A stretch of DNA of 64,000 bases, from NCBI GenBank assembly GCA_965644295.1, contig CBFFRP010000238.1, positions 287,013 to 351,012 on the forward strand, read 5' to 3'. The DNA comes from Paraphysomonas bandaiensis (lineage: Eukaryota; Protista; Chrysophyceae). A program made the position numbers and the translations under genes. The notes under the pieces are model-generated. The model saw only the letters and a program-made list of their open reading frames with translations. It was not told the origin of the DNA and searched no databases. Position 1 is the stretch's first letter. Each line of letters begins with the position of its first letter. Shown one piece after another: positions 25,401 through 39,154 of the stretch.

Positions 25401-28400
25401 GTCGAGAAGTATCCCCGGTACCTATCTCACAGTCACTTATGGGTCCATTGCTGGTGAACACACTCTCATTTGACGTGTCCATCCGATTAGGACCATAGGC
25501 AACGTCTTTGCTGAGGTCAATATCCCAGAGCAGACATACATCATAGGAGGTTGGAGTAAACCGGTCCGCCCCATAAGACTGCATACCGCCAACATTAGTA
25601 ATGCACTTGCCAATCGTTCTCGCAGAAAAAATAGCTGCACACTGATTGGCTGTTACATGGATTGCTATGAAGCGAGAGGCAGAACCTAAGAGCACGATGC
25701 ATGAAAAGCATGTTTCACTCCCATCCCAATCCTCCGTAGGGGCTCGGACTCTATTTGCATTGCCGTTCCTCACAGCACAGTCCGAAAAGCTTTTCCGCCT
25801 CGCTGGCTGTCTCATAGGAGCCCCGCTTGAGTAGCTCCTGTTGAGAGACCTGCGAAGATGAACAACATCCTCTTCTTCGTAGCCATGCAGAACAACTTTC
25901 TTTGCTGCCTCCATACCTGAATGTGAGGAAGTGCTCATGTCACTCGCATCATCCCCGTCCTCTCCTATGTGGCGATCGCAGTCAACCACGTCCATAAAAT
26001 TAGGTCGAAAGTCCTCTGGGAGAGGGATAGTCCTGTGTGTACCAGGCGTACACAACCGACGAGTGTCTTGCCGAAGTCCCGGCACTGCCTGCCAACACGC
26101 ACTTGTAACAACTACAGGATCTTTGCCTCCAGTGGACCGAGACATCAATTCGAGACACCAGTGAGCGGGGATATCTCTCTCAACAGTCTTTGACTTATCT
26201 CCAGCGGCCGCTGATCGTAAGGTTAGCACACACAGAGAGTGATCGCCAAACCAGCGCATGTCCTCAACAGAATCCAGACCACATCCTGCTTCAGAGTATT
26301 GCTTACGTGTAAATGGTCGTGGAACAGCCCCGCCGTTGTCTCTGAAGGACAACAACACAATACTCGACATAGGTGGCCGTGCAGGGAGAATTACCGACTT
26401 CCACTTCGAAGTACGCACACTATAGATCCATAACAACGGAGACTGCCTCTCCCGAGGAGCTGATTTGGCCGATTTGACCCCAGAATGTATCGCACAAGGA
26501 GGGACTGGTTGGGATAGAGGGGACATGCAGCACGCAATATACCGGCCTTGCGCTTGTGAACCACCCTCTTGTCTAGCTACTACGAGTCCACACCCCTGTC
26601 GTAGAGAGCCCCCCAGGCTATACAGTGCGCTCCCAGCAGGCTTTACACCATGCCAAGTCTGCACCGGCTTCCATGAGCAGGTGTTGATGATCAAGTCATG
26701 CAGAAGCGACCGAGGAAGCCGAGCGGAGTGAAACGGGGCTTTACCTGAAAACGGGAATAAATCTTCTCCTTCTCCAGCCTCAGAGAGGGTTCCTACACTA
26801 CGCCCCGATGACCCTAAAAGCAACAACTGTCCAGCTGATATATTTAACAAAGCTCCAGAAGAAAAAGGTCGAGATAACACTGTTCCAGTGGGATCAACCA
26901 AAAGAGTTACGTTGTGCAAAACATCCCCCCCGCAGCCAATCACCAGGCGTCCTGAAGCCACAGTCATACAATTCCTTCTCATCATACCTACATTATTCAA
27001 ACATTGAGAAGGAGAACTAGCTCTGCCAATATCAATGGAAAAAGTTGGCCCCAACCCAGGTGACTCGCCCCCACTCTCAAATAGTGGGCTGTACCCCTCC
27101 GCTCGAAGGGGGAAGCACATCACCCGGGACCCCACAAGCACCACGGTACTAGTAGCTGCCTCTGTTGGATTAGCCGTCCGCACTATACATAGAGAAGACG
27201 AAACAAGACAGCGAGGGAGATCGCGACCTTTTCGCTGGGATGGAGGACATACACTCGAACGATCGATATCGCTAACGACTGGTCGCCGGGAGTGGACTCG
27301 AATAGAATAACTTCCTGCCTCATAATTTATCTTCAGGACTACTAACTCGACTACCGTAGCAATATGATCGGACGTTGCCTCTCTGTCACGGTGTATTCGC
27401 TCGCAATGGGAGAGACACACAACCAGCATCGAATCATTCTCTGACCCTGGTGTATCCATGCAGCAGGCCTCATAAATACGCCATAACGAGTTGTTGTTGC
27501 GGGACATGCACGAAATTGAATCTTCACAGTGAGTATGGAACACAGGACGAAACATTGGGCTGTGAAACATGACTGGCACGTCTCCTTCACTGTCGGAGCG
27601 AAGGAGTAGCAGTGATGATGTAGAAGTTACAGCTGCCACGAGGCCTAGACGGTTGGTTCCTTCACATATTCGCAGAATAGTGGGGGCAATAATAATAGTA
27701 CTGTCTGGTACACTGCTTTGTGAGGTGGGGCATGCAGAAAAGCTAAAGGGCAGAACTCTTGTGGCATTCAACACAGAGTAAGCTGGAAGTGAAGAAAATC
27801 GCTGCACCAGTTGCAAGTTCCACATACACAAGTAAACACAACATTCTTCGTCACATCCAATAACACAGCGACTCGCATTGTCAATTAAACACAGGGATGT
27901 AACACATGAGCTCGAGAAATGCTCCACAGGCGATAGGGATACACTAAAATTTCCATGGTGACAGTCGTTTTCAGATAAATTACACGAGTAGAATTCGGCT
28001 AGAGTGGTATGCTTGTTCAGACGACGATCAATCCAGCGTACCCTAAACAAGTGTACAGTCCCCTGGAACAGAGCATACAAATGGTTTCCACTAGGGTGCC
28101 ATGTGATTCCAACACCCGCATGACAGTGACCATGTAAAAGTGAGTCCGCTGCAGCGTGATTGTCAGTATGATCATGAACAGGAGCACTGCCCGGATTATC
28201 TGCTGAGTGATATTCGACATGATTATCAGCAGTTCGGAGTCTCTTTACACACCCGCTAAGATCAGCACTACCGGCGAGAGTCATCCCTCCTCCCAGTACC
28301 CACACAGACAGCTCAAGGCCTGTGCCATCACCAGAAGCAACAGAAGCCCTCTGCGAGAGACAGGCCATAACCAGGCCTCCTGGACCAGATGAAACACACA

Positions 28401-28455
28401 GTACATCCCTGCCCCGATACACCACCGACTCTGCCGGTCCCAGCACAGCTGACAT
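22421..28455 (-). CDS. RIC1: RIC1-like protein (Rab6 GEF subunit), about 2000 aa; intron 24039-23993
   Basis: LSRKLEP...LFP...IFEFCLTKGSLTHAARFL resembles the RIC1 domain, preceded by a long beta-propeller-like N-terminus (WHPSG). The 3' end may have a further exon. Confidence 0.7.
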
Positions 28456-31357
28456 ATACTGTGAGTTGCGTTATACGAAGTAGGGTGGTTCAATAGTTAT
28501 ATCGACAAAGCACAATGAACCATAGTATGAACCACAGTACAAACCACAGTCACTGTAATATCTTATCGTATCTTCATATATGCTTCGACTTCACCTATAT
28601 GGTTGTCATACATACATACATGCTGCACAGTCACCCAAAATATTATAGCTGCATACTTCTACTACTTCAAACTTACTTCACTCCCAACACCTGTATAATG
28701 TAATACATACGTATGAATACATAGTATTTATACCGGTATGGTACAGCAGTAGTATATCTTCAAGAGTTCATAGCTATAAAAGTTGTTACGTTGTTCACTT
28801 GGCTTGCTGATATCCATTGCATAGCATATGGATCTACTCTGGATACTCTACAGGCAGTATCTACCCGCACATCCGGATATAGCTTGAAAATAAATAAATA
28901 TTGGAGACCTGAGAATCATAATATCTCAATTGAATAGGAACTAAATTTCTCCTAATTCACAAGCAAGGATTTTTTGGAAGTGCATTACAATTAGTTTCAC
29001 TGCTAGAGCACTCTCCAGTAGTTGTGTCCAAACGAGTTATATGGCTAAGTTGTATAGTGTAAAGGAAATAGACTATTGAATTAATTCGAGCGAATGCTAC
29101 AGGGTCGTTGAGATTTGATGTCACGCGCCGGTTTCCTACTAGCGTAAATGATACCTAACTTATTTCAGCTGAAATGTTAACGGTTTCGTACTCGCATAAG
29201 GTACTCGGGAGAAGGACGCAAAGTGAATGCATGTGCTGGATAATTGCACATAATGGAGGGCGAAACGCAGTGTGCTAAATTGCATTAGTGAGACCGCTTG
29301 TGACCGTGGGAGGGCCCGGTAGAAGGCTACTTCGTACTTCTACAGACTACCTTCTACTGTGAGCATGTCAAAGGGCCCTGAAGATATGCAGTATATACAG
29401 GAGGCGTTTTTCCAAGCCACGGACCTCAAGTGGATTGGGAAAGAGCATATAATCCGGCTTAAACCTGTAACTCGTCGTGTTCCCATGTAGCTATCTAAAT
29501 TCCTGTTGATTAGTTTAGCATTAGTTGTCGGCGCATACAATAGTGACAAAGGTGACTAGTCAAGTTATATTAGGGTTGATTGAGTTAATAAGTTGCCTCA
29601 ACGCATGATCCAATGCTCTTTATTGAAGGCTATCACACACTCTACGGTTGTTCTCTTATAACATCGTTTATCAGACCTTATGTCACACTTAAACATCACA
29701 CACTTCCATGCGAAAAAATATTGGACGGGTGCGGAACAGCTAATATGTATCTCTTGATTATTGATTAGCGTTGCCCACTAGCTTTTAGACGCTGTATAGT
29801 ATTGCGCAAATAACTAAATTATATATACACTTTTTACAAATTAACTACAGCTAAAAACTATCGTTGCAATACAGAGGAATATGGCACGACATGCTTAAGC
29901 AGAACTAAAATCTGCAAAACAATGCGCCTGCGGGACTTACCCACACACAGAAGGCAGAAGTACTGCTCAACTGCACATTCCCTGATTAAGTACTAAATTC
30001 TGAACAATTGCACCATGGCGCTTGCAACAAATCACGGTAGCTCCGGAGCAGTATAAAGCAAATAAAATTTCAAACTAGTACGTGAGTGATAAGTATGAAG
30101 ATATGAGTGCATTAGGATTCTAATCTAATGACACATCTGATGTAGTGGAACCCTATCATCATAGTGTTGATCACCCCAAACTCTAATCGAACTTTAGAAA
30201 TAATATATTATTATAATCAATATCTATCTCATGTTATCTCATATATATATCACTCATTGTCATAATTAACTAAATTCATATTGTCTCTATTATAAATTAC
30301 CAATCAATTTTAGACGCTATATATTTGCGCAGCATGATGCGTCGCTGAGCCTGTCAAAAAGGTAGTTGTAGACATAATTATCTAAATAATTTAAACCGAG
30401 AATGGGATATATGTATTATATTACGAATATGGCTATAAGTTATTGGTGGTCTCAAGATTGGTGTCAATAGGTAGCTTCCTATAGAATTAAATTTTATGGT
30501 ATCTAATACTGTAGGTAATTGTGGTAATTATTCACTGTGTTTTGCTGGGATATATTCTTAAAAAGTATTAAATCCTTTCTTTTTCTGTGGTAGGGGAACA
30601 TTTGTTGCATCTATTATTGAAATAATAATATGTTGGGACTTTATATTGTTTGAGTTAACTTAAGAGCAAGACTTAGAACAATATTATGTTGTAATAGCTA
30701 TTATGCATTATTTAATAATACCGTAAAAATACATTATAATTTTCAAATGTATTAAACATTGAATAGCTATTACATCTAGCTACCAGCTACAGTTTAACCT
30801 TTTTAGTCAAACCAATTTTTTTCTAATCTCGCACACGATTGCGTTATCCACAAGAAGGCGTGGATGCCCAGATTTACACCTACTAATGTACTACAGTGTC
30901 TAACGTACGCCTCCATCATATGCCACCTCTCTACGACGGTAGATAGATACGTAGATAGAATCGTGTTGACGCGATGCCTCATTACACCGGTTTCAGCTTT
31001 GAAAATTCGCTGCTGAAAGGATGCTTCTCTCCCAGAGGCTGACAACTACGTCAATCATTCACAACATCCACACGCAACTTTGAGATCAATAATTGAGATG
31101 CGGCCATTGGCATGGCACCATTAATTTTAAAAATTAAGCACCTTATCCGATTATTATTATATGAAACGACGGTATTTCGTCTAGGCGGAAATGTATCTTT
31201 CTCTCAATCCAGAAAAAGAAACATGAGATGATATACCGGCTAAATCATACGAGATTCTTCTTTTCTCAATATTATTTTCAAGTACATACAACGTGTACAA
31301 AAGCGGATGTTTTACTGGTAAATTATTCATTAAACGGTTCTTATATATGAAGCACAA

Positions 31358-31465
31358 GTAGTAGTGAATATCTGATTATTAGCAACACAAGCGTTTAAGA
31401 GTCAGAACAATTTAGCATTTTTACAATGCAACTAACTATAGTGCTTTACTCTGATATCCCACTAT
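31358..31465 (-). repeat. Family A terminal fragment
   Basis: GTAGTAGTGAATATCTGATTATTAGCAA...GCTTTACTCTGATATCC. Confidence 0.85.
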
Positions 31466-32239
31466 AGAGCTCCAGGAAAGTACTGGGGCTCTCCTGACTG
31501 GTAGTTGGTAGTAGGTAGTGGTTGTCCAGGAGCGAGGCCTCGGTAGCCTACTGGGTGATGTCAAGAAGCTCACGGAAAAATACATTACACCATCCACTAT
31601 TGAGCAGAAGGTGATACCAGTAGGTATATGGTAGTGGTACTCTAAAACGCTTTTTTGGTAAAAAATTCTTAATCCTGGGTGGTGCCACTCTATACATTCT
31701 AGATACCTCTAGATATTAGATATACGATATGCTAGAGGTTATCAAGAGCATAAGCATATTTAACCTTAAAAAGCGCGACATTGTAGCCTCCTTCCTCCTT
31801 ATTATGAGCCCTGGTTACTGGTTTTTTGGGGCGACATATAAAGCGAAGTGAAATAGAAGTTGAAGGCAAAATATTGAAGTAATTTTCTTTGATTCACTGA
31901 TGTTGTGCGTCGAAGGTCGATCACCATATAGGTTTCTGTAAAGTATTGTGGCTATACATCCTTCGGTACTCGGAGCAGTTCTCGTAGTGTGATAGTTAGA
32001 TACGCGGTACAAAAGAAATCGGACAATATATATTTATTTAAATTAGAGTTGCAGTAATTTACTTTCCATACTCAACGTCGGAAATATGCAGAACAATACA
32101 ATGTAGGTATATATATAGCTATTTTACAAGTTTATGAGCGTTTTGCAGCAATATATCTGTGCATATATCATACAGAACTATGTACACCACCAATGTACAT
32201 GCATTCAAGAGCAAATAGAGAGTCTACCAGGCTAGGGCG

Positions 32240-34713
32240 TTAACACTTAGACTCGCCACTCCTCTCGTCACATCGAGACAATTTCTTGTTGAAGGGTCTT
32301 ACTACATCTTTTCCAGGAGACGCTGATTTTCTGTGTACCATCGTTTCCTTGAAGCTGTCAACCTCCTGCACTGATTTTGTACTCTCAACAGCTGCATAAA
32401 AAACTGTAGATTAGCAAATGAGACATATTCAGCTTTTCACTTACTAGCATTCGCATCCACCGTGGTCAATGCAAGAAGGAAGTCTGTGAGAGTAGCAAAA
32501 AGAAAGATAAGACCGTATCTATGAATTAGGGTACGACCTTACCAGCATACGATACCACACCAGTACCATTCACATCGAACATCTTGATTGCGCGATGGAT
32601 CTGCTCCGCGGAAGTTGAGTCTAGATCAGCAGTTGGAGACTTTTCCGACGCTTTACTGTATAGATATGATGACGACTTGGAAGGTAATATAGGAAGAATA
32701 GGATTGGATTTCTTGCGCTTAATTTTGATGTCACTGTTGGAATGCTGACTATCTCCACTTAGGCTAGCGGCAGCTATGGCTACCGAGGCGCTATTCATTG
32801 AAAAGCGGCGTGTAGCCGACAGTGGCGGGAGAAAGAGGCTGGACCTTCTGAGTACATTTCCCATTGACCTTGATCGGCCTCGAGAAAGAGGTTTTGGAAT
32901 CACCCCTCTGTACGCTCCGTGGTCATCACTATGCTCCATGCTGCTTTCTCCACTTCCATCAGCACCACGAAAAGAAAAAGGACTAGAGAAGTTCGGCGAT
33001 TCCTCTTCGCGCATTATATTTTGTTGTGCACTATTGATGTGGTTCTGGAGGGCTGCATGCGACATCGAGCGACGTCGGGCAGCGGATGTAACACTCAGCA
33101 CACGTTCCATATCATTGAATGTTATATACCCTTTCTTGTCCGTATCAAGCAGTTGAAACGCTGTATTGATAGCCTGGATATCAAAATCTCTTGGATCGAG
33201 AGTCGCCGCCAGAAACTCAGTGAACGAAATCTGATTATCACCATTGGCATCTACAGCATCGAATATAGTATCTATATCTTGTTCAGTCAGCTGTGAACTA
33301 TCCGGACTAAAGAGAGTGCTCGCCTGCATCGCACTGTGAAACTCTTCGCGCGATAGGGTCCCATTCTTGTCCTTGTCAAACGACTGAAATATCTCCCTCT
33401 TGTCAGCCGCTTTATCCATTGTCATATTATATGCCATCGCCAGCATGCTTGTCTGGTGGAGCACTGACACATCCGTCTGTCGTTTTAAGTTCTTCATCGC
33501 TGTCTGAACAGCACTGCTGTCACCCTGACATCCACCTACCATAGAGGACGTCTCAGATGCAATCGAGTTCGAGGAAAACCTCCGAGTCGGTAAAGACTCC
33601 CGCTCTCTCACATCTTCGTCATCCTCTTCCTCCGATTCGTCGCCTTCCATATGCTTGTCTTGAAACCACGGGTGCTCTAAAGCCTCCTGCGCACTCCACC
33701 TCTGTTTGTAGTCATGAGTGAGCATCTTCTGCGTGAAGTCCATGGCAGTAGCAGATACTTTCTTCCAATCCCTGCTACGATACTGATAGCGACCCATCAG
33801 AATGTTCGCCATCATCGAACACTTCCCATCGCTATTGTCCCCGAGAAGAAGAGCTTCGAACGGTTTTCTGCCACTCAGCAAAGTGAATGCCACCACCCCC
33901 GCACTCCATACATCGCAGCGTTCGTCATACGACTCCCTAAGCACCTCAGGGGCAGTGGCGTAGAGCGTACCACACCTTGTCTTCATAGGGGTTGCGCCAA
34001 TGAACCGCGTTCCCAGCCCGAAATCAATCAACATAATCTGTGCGTTCCATCCCGCATGTTCTCGCATAATATTTTGTAGTTTTATGTCACGATGACATAT
34101 ACCCCGATCATGCATATGGGCAATAGCAGAAAGCAATTGGCGCATGGCAGAACGTGCCGTCAGTTCTGGAAGGCCATTCCTTGTATTAAACTGGAGTCGC
34201 TCCAGCCAACTGGCCACACTCCCTCCAGTACAGAGTTCCATCACGAAACCCACCTACATCTCCAATCAAAACCATGCATTTACAGTCGATATTTCATACC
34301 TCGTCAGGTGTGTCATAAACCGCAAAAAGACGCACAATATTAGGATGGTCGATGTCTTTGAGCAGTTTGTACTCCCGCTCAATTCTATGCCTCTTACCAC
34401 TGGCAGCATTGACCAGTTTAATGGCATACTTGATCTTTGTTTCTTTATGAACTCCAACAAGAACAACTCCGTATGAGCCTTTCCCGAGAAGCGAATACTC
34501 TTGCACGTCATACGTTTCATCGATTGGGGTTGTGTGAGTCATCACAAAATTTCCAGTAAGAGTGTTGCGATGCTCTTTTTTCCACTTTAGTCGAGATTCT
34601 TGAAGTTTTCGAATTTGCTGATATTGTTTCCATTTACTATATAAAAGAGCACATAGAATGACAGCTCCGAGAGTAGAAAACACAGCTACGATGATGAGTA
34701 GAGTGGAGTTCAT
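32240..34713 (-). CDS. Calcium-dependent protein kinase with N-terminal TM anchor; exons 34713-34300, 34253-32543, 32483-32445, 32403-32240
   Basis: GKGSYG, AIK, HRDIKLQN, DFG, APE; four EF-hand loops (DKDKNGTLSREE, DANGDNQISFTE, DTDKKGYITFND, DVNGTGVVSYAD). Confidence 0.93.
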
Positions 34714-35447
34714 AGTAAATGGATTTACAAGACGTGCTTTTATTAAAGCAAATAACAAATAACCACAGCACTCATAAGGTGATTCAATGGGTAGAGTAAT
34801 AGGACAAGGGTCGGATCTGCAAGCAGTTCAGTCGTAAGTCGTATTGGAGGTTACTATATTGGGGCATTGTGTTCTGGTTCATCATGCCGAGCAACTCATA
34901 TGTTTCTTAGGTATAAAATTCCCACATCTTTATTCGGCCAGGAGTTGCGGTTGTGACTGTATTTTCCATATAAGTAAGTTATACTGCTGTGTGGAGGGGG
35001 TTGAGAATTTGAACACTGAAAATAATTTATCTCATAGAGTTCCAGGGCATTGTAGCCAATAACATATGTTTATTGAGTAATAGAGTATTATAATTGGTAG
35101 ATGTGTTGAATGTTTGGAACCAATCAAACATTAGCCAATGATATTAATCTAAGATATGTAACTGTCGTATTATTGGTAAACTAGTGATTAGTACATTTGG
35201 CCCATATATTGATGATGCAAATTTGTTGCACCCTGCGCGTCGACAACTTGGCTGGCTTCCAGAAGTAACACAATGGCGCAATAAATTCAATGTTGACAGA
35301 GAAGTACAGTGAATACAGAGGACATGCCATGTGGTGTGTGTGTGGTCAGGAGCGTTGTACAATATAATGATGCAGTATCCTGCCCACTAATTTGTAATCA
35401 CAATATTAGACAGACTGTGTTACGGTGTATCTTTGCAAGCTGCAACC

Positions 35448-36254
35448 ATGGCGTCACCGACGACTGTTTCAGAGCTCATAACTACAGACTACACCGCTCT
35501 GTTTCCAAAGGATTCATTCTTTAGTTACTTTTCTCATCCCATTGTTCCGTTCCTTTCGGTGGCGCTCTATTTACTGCTATCAGACTATGTCTTTGAAGGA
35601 ATCAGAGATACATTTAAATTAAAGCCAAAAGGACCTGTTGTTCAGAACATCACTATCGTACACAGTGCAATCCTTGCTGTATATTCTGGTTGGACTTTTT
35701 ATAATTCGTGGGGTATTGTAATCAATCACTTGTTGAAGAATGACTACTGGACAACATTTTGTGATTCCGATCAAGATCTTTGGACCGCCCACAACTTAGA
35801 ATTCTGGATTACACATTTTTACATCAGCAAGTTTTATGAGTTCATAGATACCTGGATAGTGATTATGAAGGGTCGGCGACCGATATTTTTACAGGTGTAC
35901 CATCACGCTGGAATTGTTATCCTGATGTGGTTATTTGTGGTGACCAAGTCTACTGGCGGTGGGCTTATTATTTTAACTTTCAATTCGTTTATACACACTC
36001 TCATGTATACCTATTACACTCTTGCTGCTTTTGGTTACCAGTCCCCATTGAAGCACTACTTGACACAGGCGCAGTTAACTCAGTTTATTTTGGGAATAGC
36101 TGTCACCACTCCATTACTTTTTTCTTCTAGCAGCTGCATTAACGATGCTCAGAGATTTTCCATCATCTCCATTGACGCTTATGCTCTTATTCTTATATAC
36201 TTGTTCGGACTGTTTTATATTGAGTCCTACAGCAAGAAAAAGAAAGCGGTGTAA
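35448..36254 (+). CDS. ELO/GNS1/SUR4 fatty acid elongase
   Basis: SKFYEFIDT, LQVYHH, NSFIHTLMYTYY, TQAQLTQF; C-terminal KKKAV ER-retrieval signal. Confidence 0.95.
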   Translation: MASPTTVSELITTDYTALFPKDSFFSYFSHPIVPFLSVALYLLLSDYVFEGIRDTFKLKPKGPVVQNITIVHSAILAVYSGWTFYNSWGIVINHLLKNDYWTTFCDSDQDLWTAHNLEFWITHFYISKFYEFIDTWIVIMKGRRPIFLQVYHHAGIVILMWLFVVTKSTGGGLIILTFNSFIHTLMYTYYTLAAFGYQSPLKHYLTQAQLTQFILGIAVTTPLLFSSSSCINDAQRFSIISIDAYALILIYLFGLFYIESYSKKKKAV

Positions 36255-36910
36255 GAAGTACTTTAAATCAACGGCACTGGTGATGATGATTGAGTATCGT
36301 GGTTCGTGATTAGGAAACTAGGTGTGATGATATCGTCGATGGATTTTGCCTTTACTAGTTTTTTAAATTTAAAGAGTTTAATGCAATGGCCGCAGTTGCC
36401 AATTAATATTTCCGCGTTCTTTAATCGTGTAGATGTAGTCGTACGATGTACACAATTTGATAATGACACACTCTCTTCGGTTGCAACTCTATTTACTGCT
36501 ACTCAACTCTTTGCTTACAGAATAGCTACTTCGATATACATTGTACATGTATTATACATTACGTCATTCACAAATAGTTTTCGTACACTTATTGAACTAC
36601 AGCCAACTCCATCGTACGTACAAGTTGATGATAACAGCTAGTAGCTATCCAGTAATCTGTCTAGCACTGAAATACAGAATCTAAGAAACTACAACATTAA
36701 GAGTTAAGAGTAGGAAGAAATATACGAGAACACTGAAAATATAGTAGCTGTTAAAACTTAAAATATGACTTGAGAAAAATATTGATGTAGGTTACTGATG
36801 CGTTGCGACAATCATATTACTACATACTACAACATCGCAACCTCACAATCTCTCCATAAATAACCTGTGCTTTACTATTAATAGCTCCAAGCTACAATTA
36901 TATGACTTGG

Positions 36911-36946
36911 TAGTCTCTCAACAAAGTCGGACTCGCACCTTTTCGT
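36911..36946 (+). repeat. Family A 5' terminal fragment followed by a GC hairpin
   Basis: TAGTCTCTCAACAAAGTCGGACTCGCACCTTTTCGT, then GCTGTCAC-AGCGGC-GTGACAGC. Confidence 0.8.
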
Positions 36947-37044
36947 GGCTGTCACAGCGGCGTGACAGCGGTAAGTAGTAGGAAATATTTATATTTTCTC
37001 AGTAAACAGTATTACAGGTTTTTACGTTTTACAGCATTCTTGGT

Positions 37045-37534
37045 GCCCTCAACAAAACTCGGACTTGCACCTTTTCGTGTGTGGTGAGCTGGGGATGAGT
37101 ACCGGAGATATTTCTCTGGGAAACTAACGTGAAACGCAAACATATAGACAGCAGATACTTTTCTTCCCACTCATAGCCAAATGATTGTGTGGTACCAACT
37201 AAGGGACACCAACAATAGAAGTGTAACTTGTGTGCAGACGTCATTGGGCCCTGACGAATATACAGGCATCCGGGATTGGGCCCACCTGAAGGGCATCCAG
37301 GGTATGAGCTGCCAGCTGAAATCACGCATGCGGGCTGTTCACGTTAAAGAGAGTGAGCGAAAGTGGATACACCTTGGTGCTTGTGGTGACGCACAAGCAG
37401 CTTTCGTAGCGCTAAATATAGTAGGATATCAGAGTAAAGCACTATAGCTACATAGTTAGTTAAATTGTAATGTTAAATTAGTTCTGCCTCTTATAGCCTA
37501 TATATATAATAGGTAATAATCAGAAATTTACTAT
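37045..37534 (+). repeat. Family A repeat, full length
   Basis: Both ends match the consensus. Confidence 0.9.
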
Positions 37535-37923
37535 AAAAAACTATATAGAAAATGAATGGGCACTTTCGCAACTAGATGACGAATAATAAAAAACAACACT
37601 TTTTTACTTATTATCACTCTTGCTATGTAATATATATGTTTTATAATTCAGCGTTCTTTCTAAACTGGGCTCTTATGAATAATGAATAAAAAGTTTAAAG
37701 ATAATATATAGAAATGAATAGTTTTAAAACATATATATATAATATTTGAGAACTTCCCATGGAAAAAAGTAACATTTTTTATCAGAGATATAATATATAT
37801 TATTACAGGGTATACATATATATTGGATATTTTTTGAAGGTCATGATCCAAAATATTATAGCCTAAGTAAAACAGACTTATCAACGTTGTATTGATTAAA
37901 CGTCTTAGCAGTAAGTAAATATT

Positions 37924-38668
37924 GTAGTGAATGTCAATAGGCGTGTAAATTCAGAACTAATGTAGCAAAACAATTTAGCTATATAAATAACTAGTAGTGC
38001 TTTACTCTGATATAATATAGTAGTGAATGTCTGATTATTTAGCAATAGGCGTTGAGACCTTGCATCAATTAGTGGCTAGAAGAATGCTAGTCATACTAGT
38101 TAGACCACTACCCGTAACTAATCAATACAAACTCTTTTATCCTACTATTTAACGCTACGAAAGCTGCTTGTGCGTCGCCGCAAGCACCAAGGTGCAACCA
38201 CTTCCGTTCCTCTGATATAATATCCTACTGTTTAGCGCAACAAAAGCTGCTTGTGCGTCTCACTGCAAGCACCAAGGTGCAATTCCTTTCGCTCTATGAC
38301 TAAAAGCAAAGCAGTGAGCATGCAGAATGTTGGTATACCTGACACCTGCTAACATCAGGATTTTCATGTTCTTAAGGTGATCAGCCCAGATGCTTGACTT
38401 CAGCAGGTGGCCCATTCCCGGATGCCTGTATATTTTGTCAAGGCCGAGAGACGTCTACACAAGAGACACTTATTAGTGTCCCTTCTTGTTTTGTACAACA
38501 CAAGCATTGGACTATGAGTGGGCAGTGGGCAGTGGGCAGGGGCAGGGGCAGGGGCAGAACAATATCTGCGGAATATATATGCGGCTCACGTTAGTTTCCC
38601 GGAGAAATACCTCCGGTACTTATTCCACAGAACACAACGAAAAGGTGCGAGTCCAACTTTGTTGAGGG
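37924..38668 (-). repeat. Family A cluster: two tandem terminal fragments plus a near-complete copy with an internal duplication
   Basis: GTAGTGAATGTC at 37924 and 38020; AAAGCTGCTTGTGCGTC..AAGCACCAAGGTGCAA twice; ends CTTTGTTGAGGG. Confidence 0.88.
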
Positions 38669-39154
38669 AGCAAGTCAATATAATATATATAAAAATGAAT
38701 AGAAATATTTTTATATATTCTTTTAACTAATCCATATTTTAAATTCTTGTTTACAGAGGGTATTAATATGAAGCAAAAGCATATGAAGAAAATATTTTAA
38801 CTCTGAGGTGTTAAACTATTGTTAGACAGTTAGATATCATAAGTTATCTGGCTGGGACACAATATTTTATAGATATATATATGATATATGACAATACTAT
38901 ATTCTATGCATGAAGAACTGTCAAAGTTTGAGAGTTTAATTGTACCTGACCTCATATTCATATTATTTACAACAGAAATATTAGTACTTCACACATTTTA
39001 TATATTTCACTACTTATAGAATACCGTCTCTATTGTGAATGACAAAAGAATAGCATTTCACTGTAAATATCGAGTGTTGCAAAGGTACTCGCCTTTACAT
39101 ATTTTGTAGATAACGAAGCGCTTATAGTATAAATCATAAAAGGTTATTCCCGGT

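Noticed and set aside
22313-28493. Many short ORFs overlapping RIC1
   Set aside because: Shadow ORFs in other frames or on the opposite strand of a long coding region.
28700-31300. Possible decayed gene or TE in the long gap (ORFs 29340-29549, 30803-31045)
   Set aside because: No recognisable motif or termini.
37245-37330. CTGACGA...GAAA as a hammerhead ribozyme in family A
   Set aside because: Most copies read TTGACGA, and I could not build stems I-III.
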